64,000 nucleotides of DNA, taken from positions 29,822,001 to 29,886,000 of the forward strand of contig CM022673.1 in the NCBI GenBank assembly GCA_012295275.1, read 5' to 3'. The notes under the pieces are model-generated. The model worked only from the letters and a program-made list of their open reading frames with translations, searched no databases and had not been told where the DNA came from. Position numbers and translations under genes: made by a program. Positions 28,870-45,095 of the stretch are shown in pieces (position 1 is the first letter of the stretch; each line of letters begins with the position of its first letter). This DNA comes from Chrysomallon squamiferum (lineage: Eukaryota; Animalia; Mollusca).

Positions 28870-30062
28870 ATAATAATAGTAGTAATAGCAGTAGTGTAAG
28901 TAGTAATAGTAGTACTAGCAGTAGTAGCAGTAGCAATAGTAGTAGTAGCAGTAGTAATAGTAGTAATAGCAGTAGTAGCAGTAGTAAAAGTAGTAATAGC
29001 AGTAGTAGCAGTATAATAGTAGTAATAGCAGTAGTAATAGTAGTAATAGTAGTAGTAGCAGTAGTAGCAGTAATAATAATAGTAATAGCAGTAGTAGTAG
29101 TAGTGGTAGTAGTAATAGTAGTAATAGTAGTAGTAGCAGTAGTAGCAGTAATAATAATAGCAGTAGTAGTAATAGTAGTGATAGTAGTAATAGTAGCAGT
29201 AGTAGCAGTAATAATAATAGTAATAGCAGTAGTAGTAATAGTAGTAATAGTAGTAATAGTAGTAATAGCAGTAGTAATAGTAGTAGTAGCAATAGTAGCA
29301 GTAATAATAATAGTAATAGCAGTAGTGGCAGTAGTAATAGTAGTAATAGTAGTAGTAGTAGTAGTAGTAGTAGCAGTAATAATAATAGTAATAGCAGTAA
29401 TAGTAATAATAGTAATAGTAGTAGTAGTAATAGTAGTAATAGCAGTAGTAATAGTAGTAGTAGCAATAGTAATAGTAGTAGTAGTAGTAGTAATAGCAGT
29501 AGTAATAGTAGTAATAAAATAATAGTAATAATAGTAGTGGCAGTAGTAATAATAGTAATAACAGTAGTGGCAGTAGTAATAGTAGTAATAGTAGTAATAG
29601 CAGTAGTAGCAGTAATAATAATAGTAATAACAGTAGTGGCAGTAGTAATAGTAGTAATAGTAGTAGTAGCAGTAGTAATAGTAGTAATAGTAGTAATAGT
29701 AGCAGTAGTAATAGTAGTGATAGTAGTAATAGTAGCAGTAGCAGTAGTAATAGCAGTAGTAGCAGTAGTAATAATAGTAATAGCAGTAGTAGTAGTAATA
29801 GTAGTAATAGTAGTAACAGCAGTAGTAATAGTAGAAATAGCAGTAGTAGCAGTAGTAATAGTAGTAATAGTAGCAGTAGTAATAGTAGTAATAGTAGTAA
29901 TAGTAGCAGTAGTAATAGCAGTAGTAGCAGTAGTAATAATAGTAATAGCAGTAGTAGTAATAGTAGTAATAGTAGTAGCAGCAGTAGTAATAGTAGTAAT
30001 AGTAATAATAGTAGTAGTTGCAGTAGTAATAGTAGTAATAGTAATAGTAGCAGTAGAATAGT
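28870..30062. repeat. 1.2-kb compound trinucleotide satellite (TAG/TAA/CAG units)
   Basis: Continuous mosaic such as agcagtagtaatagtagtaatagt. It is the source of the poly-L/Y/V/I ORFs in the ORF track. Confidence 0.97.
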
Positions 30063-30962
30063 AGAAAAGGTCAGAAAAGAAAACAAGAGCACTGACCTAA
30101 GGATTCAGCTACCTTATATCTGATCAAAGATTAGTTTCTCTTTCTCGCACTTGAAAGACATATATTTTGCCATTTGTAGGTTAATGTCATTATGTTGGTA
30201 AAGGGTTAATCCTAATTAAATTTCCTAGCTGTATGAAAGACCATAAAAGACGAAATTCCACATCTACTGTCCTCAGAGCGACTCATACAATTTCATTTGC
30301 GAAAGAAAAGAAAAATGGAAGAATTCCAACGATTCATCTCATCGACTTCAAAATTAAAGGCTATGTTGCTAAATCTTATATATTATGTTTACATAGGGCA
30401 TCAACTACGAATAAAACTGCTATCTTGGGAACAGTTTCAAGCCTGATAAAAATCAAATTAAAACAAGATCCTTGCTGTAATCCATGCGTAAAACTGAGTT
30501 AATAACAGCTACTGACTTTAATGTTAGTAACAATGAAGTGAGATTATATGACATTTTGAATATCATAATTTTGAATGTAAAATACTGATATATTCCAGTG
30601 ATGTAATTATTAATTTTGTTTTCTGTCATGTGCACTAAATATTTAAATACTCGAAGATTATTTGAAATCCCATTTGAAATGGTTTTAAAATGTTTGCTTA
30701 AATCGATGACTGAAACCATATTTCACAGTGCTTTAATTTTAGGTATATTACGTGTATGTTATCTTCTTTTTTTTTTCTTTTTTTTTTTCAATAAAGCGTA
30801 AGTCGCGAAAAATAATATGAATGAGAAAGAAAATAATAATAATAATAAATATAACAAAAAAGTAAAATATTAAAAAAGAAAGAAATGTGGAGACAGAAGG
30901 TTAAAATAATCAGTAAATTAAATGAATAAAACCGGAAACTTTTCAAACTTCACAGAATGCAC

Positions 30963-31012
<50 letters not shown>

Positions 31013-32002
31013 TAATGTGGTTGCAGCAGTAATAGTAGTAATTAGAACTGGGGAATTTTTATATTTTCAAATATTTTAAGTACTGACTCATAGATTCACT
31101 TCTCTCTCTTATCATTTTAACGTGACAAAATAAAAACACGATCATTCAATTAACAGATGAAAAATAAGACACTCTGCTTCGGACAGCGATGCTAAATTTA
31201 GCGATAAATTATTAAATCTACCGTTTCACAGCACAACCACAAAGCAGTTTCCCGCCTTAATCTCATTTGCTGTCTGCTTCCGAACATTTAATATTGCATA
31301 ATGGCAGTTCTTTCCCGATATTTATAGCATTAGTTTCTTATTGTATTCTTTGAGGATGGGTCCCAATATTCAAGGTTCAATCATTTAAATTTAGAGTGAC
31401 AATAAATATTTAAAATCTAGTGTTATTTCTTGCAGTTCTCGGACGCGCATCGGCAATAAATATTATTTTAAATAGAAGATGCTATGGTAGGTGTGCCGAA
31501 GGTAGGGATACTGCAGTCTGCATGGTTTGAAATGAATTCTATAAGGATTTAGAAGCAGAAATTATTTTCTTTTAAAAAAATAAAAAAATAAAAATAAATA
31601 ATTTAATAACAATAATAATAAAACAACAACAACAACACACACACACACATACTAAAGTAATTTTCCAAATGCATCATTTACATCCGAAATATCAATGACA
31701 GAAATATGTATTCTGAAGCAGTGATGCGTGTCGTGTACACAAACTTATTAAATATTTATTTACGTTTTGTGAATCAATTTACCAGAATATTTTTTTTTTT
31801 TTTAAATAGCTTAAAACAGAAAAATTATAAAATAAAACAAATATACACATAATAATAATAATAATAATAATATTAATAACATAAGTGAAAAGTCGCTAAT
31901 GAATCCTTACTGGTAACTCAGTATCATGATAATACTGGCATATCTTTAATGACTATCATCGAACATTATGAATGAAACAATTAATATCCAAAAAGAACAA
32001 CT

Positions 32003-32106
<104 letters not shown>

Positions 32107-32552
32107 TGATACTTTCGTGGATGTTTTAGATGTTGAATACTTTTTGTTTTAACGAAAAAGAGTGAAAATTTAATTTTTAACTAATTTTTTTATACGGCCG
32201 GTTGAGGGACCTTTAATATTTTTATTTATTTATTTTTTGTTTTAATTTTCTGTTGTAAAACTGTATCAAGTGTTATAATGAATGTATCAAGGCAATCATT
32301 CAAATAACGTGATCAGTTTACTTTTTACATGTAAATGCGACCCATAATTCTTTGAAAATGGAAGTAAATATGATATAAAAAAAAATTATAATGGTTTCAG
32401 GTATCGTTTTACAGCTACGTACTCAGAACTGTCCGCTATGGAGATTAGCAGAGTAACGTGTCCACAATACGGCATCTAATGAGAATAGTCATCTTCATAT
32501 TCACGAGCCAATGTCTGTGAAAATTATTTATTTTATTTTATTATCATCATCA

Positions 32553-32605
<53 letters not shown>

Positions 32606-33344
32606 TGGCTGACGACGTCGTAAGTTATCAAAAAAAAAAATTAGGTTGCGACCTTTGCAGCAATTTCTACTCAGTAATAGACATCTACGAATACGAGGCA
32701 TTGATTAAATGGCATATTTCGCCAAATTACTTTTAACTGATTGCATTATGAAGGTATGCGTATTTAAAAGTTTGTAAACACTGATCGGCGTTCGACGCTG
32801 CCATCTTGGATTTCGATCGGAAATTTCCGTGAGCTCACGGAAATGTTTTAACTTAAAGATTTTTAATTATTTTTTTACCTCTGTTTTCTGAACTTTGTAT
32901 GATTTACACTGATAAAGCTAAGGATGATTGTTCATATTTCCAAACCAATATGTCGCGCACCTTTCGTAACTACTTTTTCAACTTTATCAAACTTTTCAAA
33001 CTGGATTTTTTCTATTTTTTCTATGCAAATGCGTTCATAATAAACTAAAAATATAATTCGGTAAAAGATTAATATATTAACTTTTCTAAATGGCAATATT
33101 CCCGTGTCAGAACCCAACAGAAAAGAACATTCAGGTGTAGTTTGCACCCATTAAATTCTGGATGCCTTTTTTCCCGGTGACGTAATTTGTGCCGTTACGA
33201 GTTATCGTTCCTGTAGGTCCATGCTACCTAATATTTATTCTTTAATATGACTTCAAGTTACCGTGTGTACATATTCACACACCTAGGTATCTCTAGATCA
33301 AAGAGATTATTTATACCGTGAAATCCAGTTAATCAAATATAATA

Positions 33345-33658
33345 AAGGTACCGGACCAATTATCCGGCAAGACCAGAAAGTTTTTTCGCGACGCTATTTT
33401 CATAGTTCACGCGCGTGGGTGTTGTTCTCACCAGACTGGAACTACTCTTACAAGCCGCGTGGCGTCCATCACTCGCCGCATTGTTTACATGTCGAATCGC
33501 CACAGTTGTGTATCGTCAATTTTCTTTATGTTTTTAATATTAAAATATTTATGCTAAATATTTACGTATTTAGATGCCTTGGTACCAGAAAACCGGAAAG
33601 TCCAGAACTCCGGAATGCCTCAGGCCCCTAGGAGTCCGGATAATTGGTCCGGCACCTG
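33345..33658. mobile_element. MITE, same family as 7908-8245, opposite orientation (copy 2)
   Basis: TA-aAGGTACCGGACCAATTATCCGG...CCGGATAATTGGTCCGGCACCTG-TA. The interior (e.g. ctcaccagac, caagccgcgtgg, ctcgccgcattgtttac, gtgtatcgtcaattttc) is the reverse complement of copy 1. Confidence 0.85.
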
Positions 33659-36348
33659 TAAAATTACAACTGATCCTCCACTGAATATTGACTAAAAAAA
33701 AAAACTGAAGTTCAGCTACCTAAAATATACTTAATCTTCTAAGAAAACCAAAAAACACTACATGTTTATTAAATTCAAAGTAGCAGTTTCAACAATTTTA
33801 TGCTATCTATCAAGATTAGTTTGAAAAGTTTTACATTTTTTTCACTATAAATTCTGCAAACTAGATTACTATGATTCAAATCTGGTTCCACATCCATTAC
33901 TTATAGCTTAAGCTCTTTAAATTTAATTATGACAAAGTCACTGATTAGCCACACAGTTGCACGCATTTGGCATAATGTCATTAACAGCAAAGTTTGAATG
34001 CTCGCTCTGTTTGCTCACATGCAGGAAGTTTGAAAGTGTGTTAGTTAAATGTTTTCACAGTGCTCACCAAAGGATCATTGCAGATAATATCATTACGTGT
34101 ATATGTGTATCTCTCTCTCTGAATATATTTATAAATTAACAACTGAAACAATTTATTAGTCATAATTTAAACCACATTCATCAGAATAAATAAATAAATA
34201 AATAAATAAATAAGCATATATACACACCCAATAAAATATTAAATAATAAATCCCCCTTTTTTTCAAATCACTGTTTAAACAAGTGTGAAAAAGATTTTAC
34301 TTGTCAGTGTAATACAACTAATACAATAAAATAATCTAGATTTGCTCCACTATGCATTAAAAAAAAAAAAAAAATATGGCTAGGTTTTAGCCATATTTTA
34401 TTATGCTACATAATTTCTAATAATAATATTGACGATCATGGAAATAATAATTATCCTGTGTTTTACACTATCAGTTACCTGTTGAATGCCAAGCACATGC
34501 TGACAGTAATCAGCTTTATGAAAACTATTTCTGCTCCCGATTAATTTTCAGTCATAAACTTCATTATCAAAAATATAATATCCCTCTTTCTGAGATGAGG
34601 CATCTGTCCCTAATTAGCTTTTAATTATTACCCCTATAATTATAATCTTGGCTCTGTCTCAAAATTATTACCACTATTATTATAATTTTCTGAATTCCTA
34701 GTTCTGTCCCCAGTTAATTTTTGCTCCCAAGTTCTTGCTTCATCATGATACCCACAGTGGAAGTTAGTACAATATGTTTAAGTCAAATGGTTTCAGCATT
34801 GCACCATTAACACATAACTAGGAGTCTGTATCAACATCTACTAAAAATATGATAATAAATATATAAATCAGATCAGTTTCATGCAATTACTTTGATTTTT
34901 TTTTATAAATCCTATAAGGCTCAATTAAAAACAAAGTTCTGGATATGGTAAATTTCTGGTCACAAAAACATGAATAATGTATCAGAAATTGCTCTTGTAT
35001 TACAACTGTTAATAACAACTGTTTAATGAGTTTTTTTTACTTCAGTGAAAAAACAACACTTCAGTATATTAAAATTTTAATAATTATCAGATGTCAAACA
35101 CAGGTATTTTACTGTTATGATGAAATTAATTTAATACATAAATAAAAACAAGAAAGGTAGACCTAATGTTACAACATAGGCTGAGAGTGTTTTCATTAAC
35201 ACAATCAAACAAGAATGGATGGAATGGAAATAGACCAACAGATGTACTAAAGTAGAAATGATCCTATGATCATCAAACCTCAAAACTGAGTAACAGCCCA
35301 GTCTTTATTCCTGACTTACTGAATAATAAATTAGAGACATGCAGAATGTTAAACAGGAAACATACAGAACTTTCTTTATCTCTTAATTCCATTCTCTTTA
35401 CACTTTTAAAAAAATTAAATATTCCTTTAACAAAAAATCTGAAAATTATTTGATGTTGCTACCTTCTCACTTGTTTTTCTGTTTTTTCAAATTGGTAATT
35501 CTGATATTAGCATTTTAGATACTAATATTACAAATATTTTCAGTTTTCTCAGATATGTTATTAAGAAGAGGAAAACAACAAAGCCTGAAATCAACTTAAC
35601 AAAACAGTATGTGCTATCTAGAAAAAGGTTAGTCATATACACAGACACACATACACATACAGACACACACACACATATATAAACTGGTGAAAGTGAGAAT
35701 CTGTTATTAGGAAACATTATTATTGTCCAGTCTCCTCACAACTGATTAAAAAGAAATACTTAACAAAACTAATCAATAATCTAACAAAATAAATAATTTA
35801 ACTGACTGCAGCATTTAACCAAATAATTATAAAACTGTCATAAATAATCGAATTAATGCAAACTGATGATTCTTAAGTAATACTTTCAATGTCTTCAGTC
35901 AAATTTCAAAGGCAAAAATTCGTTTGAATTACAATCCAAGCTTGTCCTCCATTTTAAATAAGTTCATTCTGCAGAGGTGTCAAAACACCTTTCAAAAAAG
36001 TCTAAAATCAGTGCTGCAACAACACAAAAAATAATCCAAACAATTTTAAATTGCATCCTAATGAAACAGATGCTTTATATCTGTGATACTGAATGTCCAT
36101 TATTCTGCAAAAACATTAATGAATCAGTACTGACATCTTTTTCTTATGATTCACCCACATACAGCATTATTTAACCATGAATTCATGAAAAAGAATAATG
36201 TATTATATACAAAAACTGGTTAAATTTTCTAAACATTTCCATGATGTGTGGTAGGTTTCTCCCTTCTCTTGTGAAATTCCAAACAAGGCATTTTTTTTCA
36301 TTTGTTATTGTATTCCCCTCATTTTTAAACTATGCACATTTTATGTTT

Positions 36349-39300
36349 TCAAGTTACAGTGCATTCTGGGAAAAAACTTGGAAACCAATAATGTCTTTCT
36401 TGTCCTGGATAATCATCTACCCAAGCAAGGCCTTCTTTAACCATAAACTCCTGAAAAAAGAAAGAAATGAAGAACGTTAGTATACTTATATTAGTAGTAA
36501 AAATTTAAAAACAGGCAGTGTACTAAATTTGAGGAGGTTTTTGAAATTTATTTTGGATTTGAATGAGAAAATCATTTCTGCTTGTACAGTGATACTTACT
36601 AAAGCTCTTTTTGCTCTTTCTTCTTCCCATTTCAATTCCTTCATTAGCATACCCTTACTAATAAATCCGGTTTCCTGAAAATTAAATGGTAAAACAAAAT
36701 ATTTGCAGTTAAAAAAAATTAAAACCATTTACTTTTAACTGAAGTGAAATAACTACAGAATGATACTATTAGTATATACAATCAGCTGAAATTTAAGTCA
36801 CACCATCCAAGAAGAATCTGGCAAAGATATGATGCAGGTTCAGAATTTACAGAAGACATACAACTTGAAACCAGTTGATATTAAAAGTAGTAATAAGGTA
36901 TTATTAGTTTTTATTTTGTATCATTATTACTATTACTATTTTTAGTTTATTATATTTTTATTATCATCATTATTATTATTTTTTAAACTGTGACTTCAGA
37001 AATGCTAGTTTTATTGTGTAAATGTAAGTGAATGATATCAGATATAATTATACTAAACACATCTGTCAAGGTGCATTACCAAACATCCCACATTTCTGGT
37101 CACAGTGTAATCATGTACACTTAGAGTATTAAAAGAAGAACAAAAACAAGAATATATCTGAAGCCTTCTGATTAAGTTATTAAAATGGCAAATTATTTAA
37201 AACATGATACTGTGCAACAAACATAATGGAATATGTATTTCTGTGTAACAGTAATTTGCTTATTTCAAACAAGAATTTATCAAAATATATGATTAACTGA
37301 AGGAAGATAACTCTTTTAATGCCACCTGTGAAAAATGAACTTTAAAAACCATCTACCTGAGCCTGCTGCAAGACAGTGGTGTGGTCCATTGTTAACTCTC
37401 CGGGCACAGACTGAATCAAAAACGTAACTCCTACTGGAATCACAGTGAAACCATTTCCTAGAATCTTCAGTTTCCTTATGGCCCGTAAAAGATCATCACT
37501 ATATCAAGAAATAATGTATTATAACAAATTTATGAAGAATAATATTAATGACATTAATTTACTAAGTAATATTTATGATGATGATGTGGATTGTGTTAAT
37601 AATAATGGAACTGAAAACTGAAAGCTTTCAACTATTAGTTAAATTTTAAAAATTCAGTAATACAACTCCCCCTTTACACCAAGTATCTTGAGTAAATTTT
37701 AGTTCAGCATATGTCATTAAATCTAAACATCAGCATCATCACAGTACATGAAATAAATAAATGTTTCCATAACAATATATTTAAAATAAATAAAACACTT
37801 ACAAATTAATATTAAAGCTAATTAAGGTTAAAAAACAGAAACAGTTTCAATTTAAATATATATACGCGCACACACACAAACACACATACATACATATACA
37901 TATAAAATGATATACAAAAAATATTTACATCAAAACATTGTAAACAAATGTTTGCCATTACCTAGTTCTACCATCAAGCATGCAGACAGACACTAAGTTT
38001 AAATTAAATAAGAGAATTTTATTACTTTAAAAAATTATACTGGAACAGTTTTTTAACTCTTTAATGCCTTAACAAGAGTTGTATTTTCCCTGTGTTGTTT
38101 ACACTAATTATAAGATGTATGTAGTGATACACAAGTCATTCTTAAGGAGAAACCACAAGGTAAATAATACCCTTTGATTATCAGAATATGTTTTTAGTGT
38201 TCTTTAAGTTTTAGCAATAGTTATTCTTTCATGAGTGATTTTGGCTAGTTTTATCATGTTGTCAGTTTAATGTATTATGTCTGGTCACATTATGACTTGG
38301 AAATTTATGATGTAGGGCGAGGTATGACTGTTTATACAATTTTTGATCTTAAAAACCACCTAAAAACAAGAAGTAAGTTGTTAAAACAATCATTCAAATT
38401 TAGTTTTAGTTTCTTTTGCTCTTCTTTTTCTATTATTGTGGATGCATAGTTACATATGCACATTACACGTGGACTATACTAACACACACTATGCAATTAA
38501 CAGACAGTAATTTTTAGTTTATAAAGATAAGTACATGCTGATATCTTGTGAATGTCGACCTCTAGATGCCTCCACTCTTTTTCTAAGTTCTTCAATTCCT
38601 ATTAAACCTGAAACATTTATAAAAAAATTATTATTATAAAAATGACATTCATAAAAAAAATTATAGCTATTTAATATTCAAATATATAGAAGACAAATTT
38701 CTTTTTTAAAAATTCCTTCATAAGAGACCAAAATTAAAAACATCTGAATAAAAAAACTTCACTCTTTTGACAAACTGACAAATTTAAAGCAGAAACAATA
38801 TTTCTGGTGAAGGACTAAGAAAGTTTATTACTGATACCAGAGAACATAATATCTGTTTGTATATATATAACCACAGATACTTAAATTAAAACGTCCCATG
38901 ATATAAAGAATTTAATCTTGCCTCCATTTCTATGACTTGTTGCCAAACAAACTTCTATAATTTGTACTCCAAGTTCATAATAAAAATCTCCAACTCCCAG
39001 CATCTCAGCCCAGAAACCTTTGCTTGCTAAAATAAAAAATAAAATGTTTAAAAAGATCCGGTTATATACAAGACTACAAAATAATCAAATTAATTTTTCT
39101 CTAAATGGAACAAATGGGTTACATCAAGAACATCAATGATATTATTTTCTACTACAATCTGTGTTTTCTATGATTATTTGATAAATATATATTTTCAACA
39201 ATATGGGTAATTTGTAACATTTATCAGCAAATATTCATTAAAGTCAGAAAACATGTACACAGCTGTTGATAGTAAAAATTCTGTGTCATACTTTCTTCTA

Positions 39301-40225
39301 CAAGTGGAAAAGATAGTTGTTTACATGCATGTGTGTCAAACATTTAATTCAAAGAAAAACAAATTTATAATAGAATGTTTTGTGTTAAAAATAACCACAC
39401 TGAATGATTTCATACAAGCCAGTGGATCTACACCAATTGAAGCACACATTTCTTGAAACTGAATTCGGAATTCAGGATCTTTTCTAATATCATCTTTGTG
39501 TTTGCTTGCAAAATCTTCCAGATTCTTTTTAAATGTTTCCATTTGCTGTGCCATCTACACAAAGAAAAAATATAATTATATCTTTAATAAACATAAGCCC
39601 AATTACTAGATATGTGAAACATATAAATTATTATTATGCATTCAGTAGAGTCAAAGTTTCAGCTTTAAAGATAAGTTTTGATTTTATCTTTATAAGATAC
39701 AGAGATTACTTCTTAAAATGTCCATAATGTTCCAAGTCCTAAATTAAGCACATTATATATTATAAGAAAATGGAGATAATATAATCATACTATATATTAT
39801 GATATGGCTAAGATAAATATATTTTCATTATCAATAGGTTTAGAAAAATATGACTATATTGTAACTGACAATTAGCCTGTTAATTATGTTCTTATACATC
39901 TGGACAGACGGCACATTTGTCCTTCTGAAGCATTATAAATATCAGTACTTACTTGTGCAAACTGATCTTCAGCTATTTCTGTTCCTTTATCTTTGTATTT
40001 GGCCTGAATTTAAATAGAAAGAAAAATACTGAAGAGAAATTATATTTAGTGTAAAAAGCAAAACACAAAATACAACAAAAAACTAATATTAATAATAAAA
40101 TAACAAAATAATAAAAACTGTGTTCTTTGAAATTCATTACATAAATTTATATTGCTATAACAAACAACAATACAGAAGGAAGCAGGCTTAAATAAATAGA
40201 TCTAATTTCATTATCATAATCATAT

Positions 40226-40272
<47 letters not shown>

Positions 40273-40696
40273 TTCAAATGATGGATGGTGTAGTAAAATA
40301 AACAATGGTAATTTCTATGCATAATAATAGTTTAATTATTATTAAGAAATAATCAATTAAGCTAATCACATAAAATTATTATTATGAGTAAATACTAACA
40401 AAGATAAATAAATATCATCATGGGGAAACTGTAGTAATCAGTAACAATAAATAGCAGAATCAGTGGAACAGTGACAAGTCATACTCGGATTCCTCGGATA
40501 CTCATACTGGTAAGTGATAATCATAATGATTCACAGTATCATGAGTATGAGTATCAGTATGATACTCTATAGTGAAATTATTCTTTTTGAATCGGTGCCA
40601 AGGAGAAACAATATCCAATTTCCAGAATGTATCTGAACGTACCTGTGTTAGACTTTTCTTTTTAATTGCAGCAACTCCTGGACCTCGTCTGTGCAT
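36349..40696 (-). CDS. SNF8: Vacuolar-sorting protein SNF8 / VPS22 / EAP30 (ESCRT-II subunit), 246 aa, 8 exons: 40696-40643, 40003-39953, 39554-39416, 39026-38922, 38607-38535, 37498-37357, 36674-36600, 36450-36349
   Basis: Spliced translation: [128 protein letters not shown]...[18 protein letters not shown]...EGLAWVDD...[13 protein letters not shown]. All phases are consistent (741 nt) and the hallmark SNF8 motifs are present. Confidence 0.97.
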
Positions 40697-40973
40697 CGTG
40701 AAACTTTATGATCAATCTCACTCCTATCTTTGCTCAAACCCGGAAATGTCAGTGAAACAGGGACGATAACTCTAGAAAGAAGTAAAAGCTAAAACTAAAG
40801 TATGAACAAAAGAATTAAAAGGAAAGAAAAAAAAATAATAATAAAAAGTAAAATAAAATAAAATAAAATAAAATAATTAAAAAAAAAAAAAAAATAAAGA
40901 AGAAGAAAAAGCAAATTGAAAATTAAAATAAATTTGAGTTTGGGTGAACATTTTACACCGTTCATATTAATGG

Positions 40974-41021
<48 letters not shown>

Positions 41022-41202
41022 GACGTTGTTGTTGTTAATTTGTTAGTAATGTAATATTTCTTTGGACATTTTAAACGTCCTCGAATACTCTAATCGTTCG
41101 TAGCAACAAAACTAACGTCAATTCTTGTGTGACGTCATAACAATAGAATTATTGCTTTTGCAACGTTCAATAATGATGTAATTATAAAAACTAGCCATTA
41201 TA
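40697..41202. promoter_or_regulatory. Short divergent (head-to-head) promoter region between SNF8 and orphan gene A
   Basis: Only ~500 bp separate the two start codons. It holds ETS-like CCGGAAAT (~40740), an X-box-like GTTCGTAGCAAC (41096-41107), TAACGTCA (41113-41120) and a full CRE TGACGTCA (41130-41137). Confidence 0.55.
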
Positions 41203-43756
<2,554 letters not shown>

Positions 43757-44158
43757 AACTAATTACACTCTTTAACATTTTTATGTACGTTTGCGGCTCT
43801 TTAAAAAACAACCCTGCTTGATATGTTTTCCGAAAGTCGTGGTTATTTTTATTACTATTAGATTTTGAAACATTAAATAGTGTAATGTATGTATTTTCAA
43901 AGGAAACGTTTGACGAAATGATTTTTTTTTTTTTAATTTTTTCCCCCACTTTGTCTTTATTATTATTTAATCCGTTTCCAATTTAAATGAAAAAAATTAA
44001 TTTATAAATGTTGATAATTATATCGGTAAAAACCTGAAAGTTTCGGTAAATACCGCCTTTAGGTCAAAGGAGTTGTTACATGTACCATTAAAAAAAAAAA
44101 AAAATTACACTACTAGCACTGTTCCACAAAAATAGTTTTTGTTTATTTTTGTATCCTT

Positions 44159-44201
<43 letters not shown>

Positions 44202-45054
44202 TATTCAAACAGTATTATATATACAAGATATGCTGTCATACTTTTGTGCATCTTTTCTTATTTTTGTTTTATCTTTTCTTTCCCACCCTCTTTTTATTTA
44301 TTTATTTATTTTTCTTCTATATATTATTTGCAAACATAATAAAAGAAACAGCATGGTAAGGCAACATGATTATATGTAAGATCTGGATAAATACATCAAC
44401 GATAACCAGTCCAGGAAGCCATAAAGAATGAGCTTTAATAAATAAAAAAAACAAAAACAAAAAAAACCCACATTTATATAGTGAAGCATTACTGCATGTG
44501 TACCGATTTAAAATCAAAACTGTAATTATAAAGATAATGTTATGTTAGAACTAAAGATAAACCTGTCTTAATGCTTTTGTGTCGTATTTTCTTTTTATTA
44601 TTTATTTACAAAAGTAATAAAATTAACTTACATAAAGTTGCGTACGTTAATGAATCAGGGTATTTTGATATAAATCGTTATTAGATGTCAGATTTTTGCA
44701 TAATGCAATTAATCCCCGACTTACTGTTGTAGTGGTTAACAGAACAAGAGATCTTTTATATGTGTCCTACCGTAGTAAGGAAAATGTGTCATTATTATGT
44801 TAAGTCAGACGTGGAAGTCTAGCCAACGCAGGAATACATCTTTAAAAAAATGGATGAATTCGATATGGTGATAGATACAGTTCTTCGTTCCAATAACAGG
44901 TAAGCGAAAACCGAATTCGCCCACGTGAAAACACAGGATTTTAATACATATAAAATGACTATAGTGACTGAGTCGATGCGTTTTTCTTGCATGTCCTGAG
45001 CCGTCTCAAAAACATTTACACCTTTACTTCATAATAAATTAGTACTTGAAAATT

Positions 45055-45095
<41 letters not shown>

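Noticed and set aside
28824-30092. 422-aa, 183-aa, 139-aa and 174-aa ORFs (poly-Leu/Tyr/Val/Ile)
   Set aside because: They are translations of the trinucleotide satellite, with no splice or compositional evidence of coding.
38525-38540. Possible U12-type donor in SNF8 intron 5 (AT|GTACTTATCTTT)
   Set aside because: It does not match RTATCCTTT; treated as a weak U2 GT donor.
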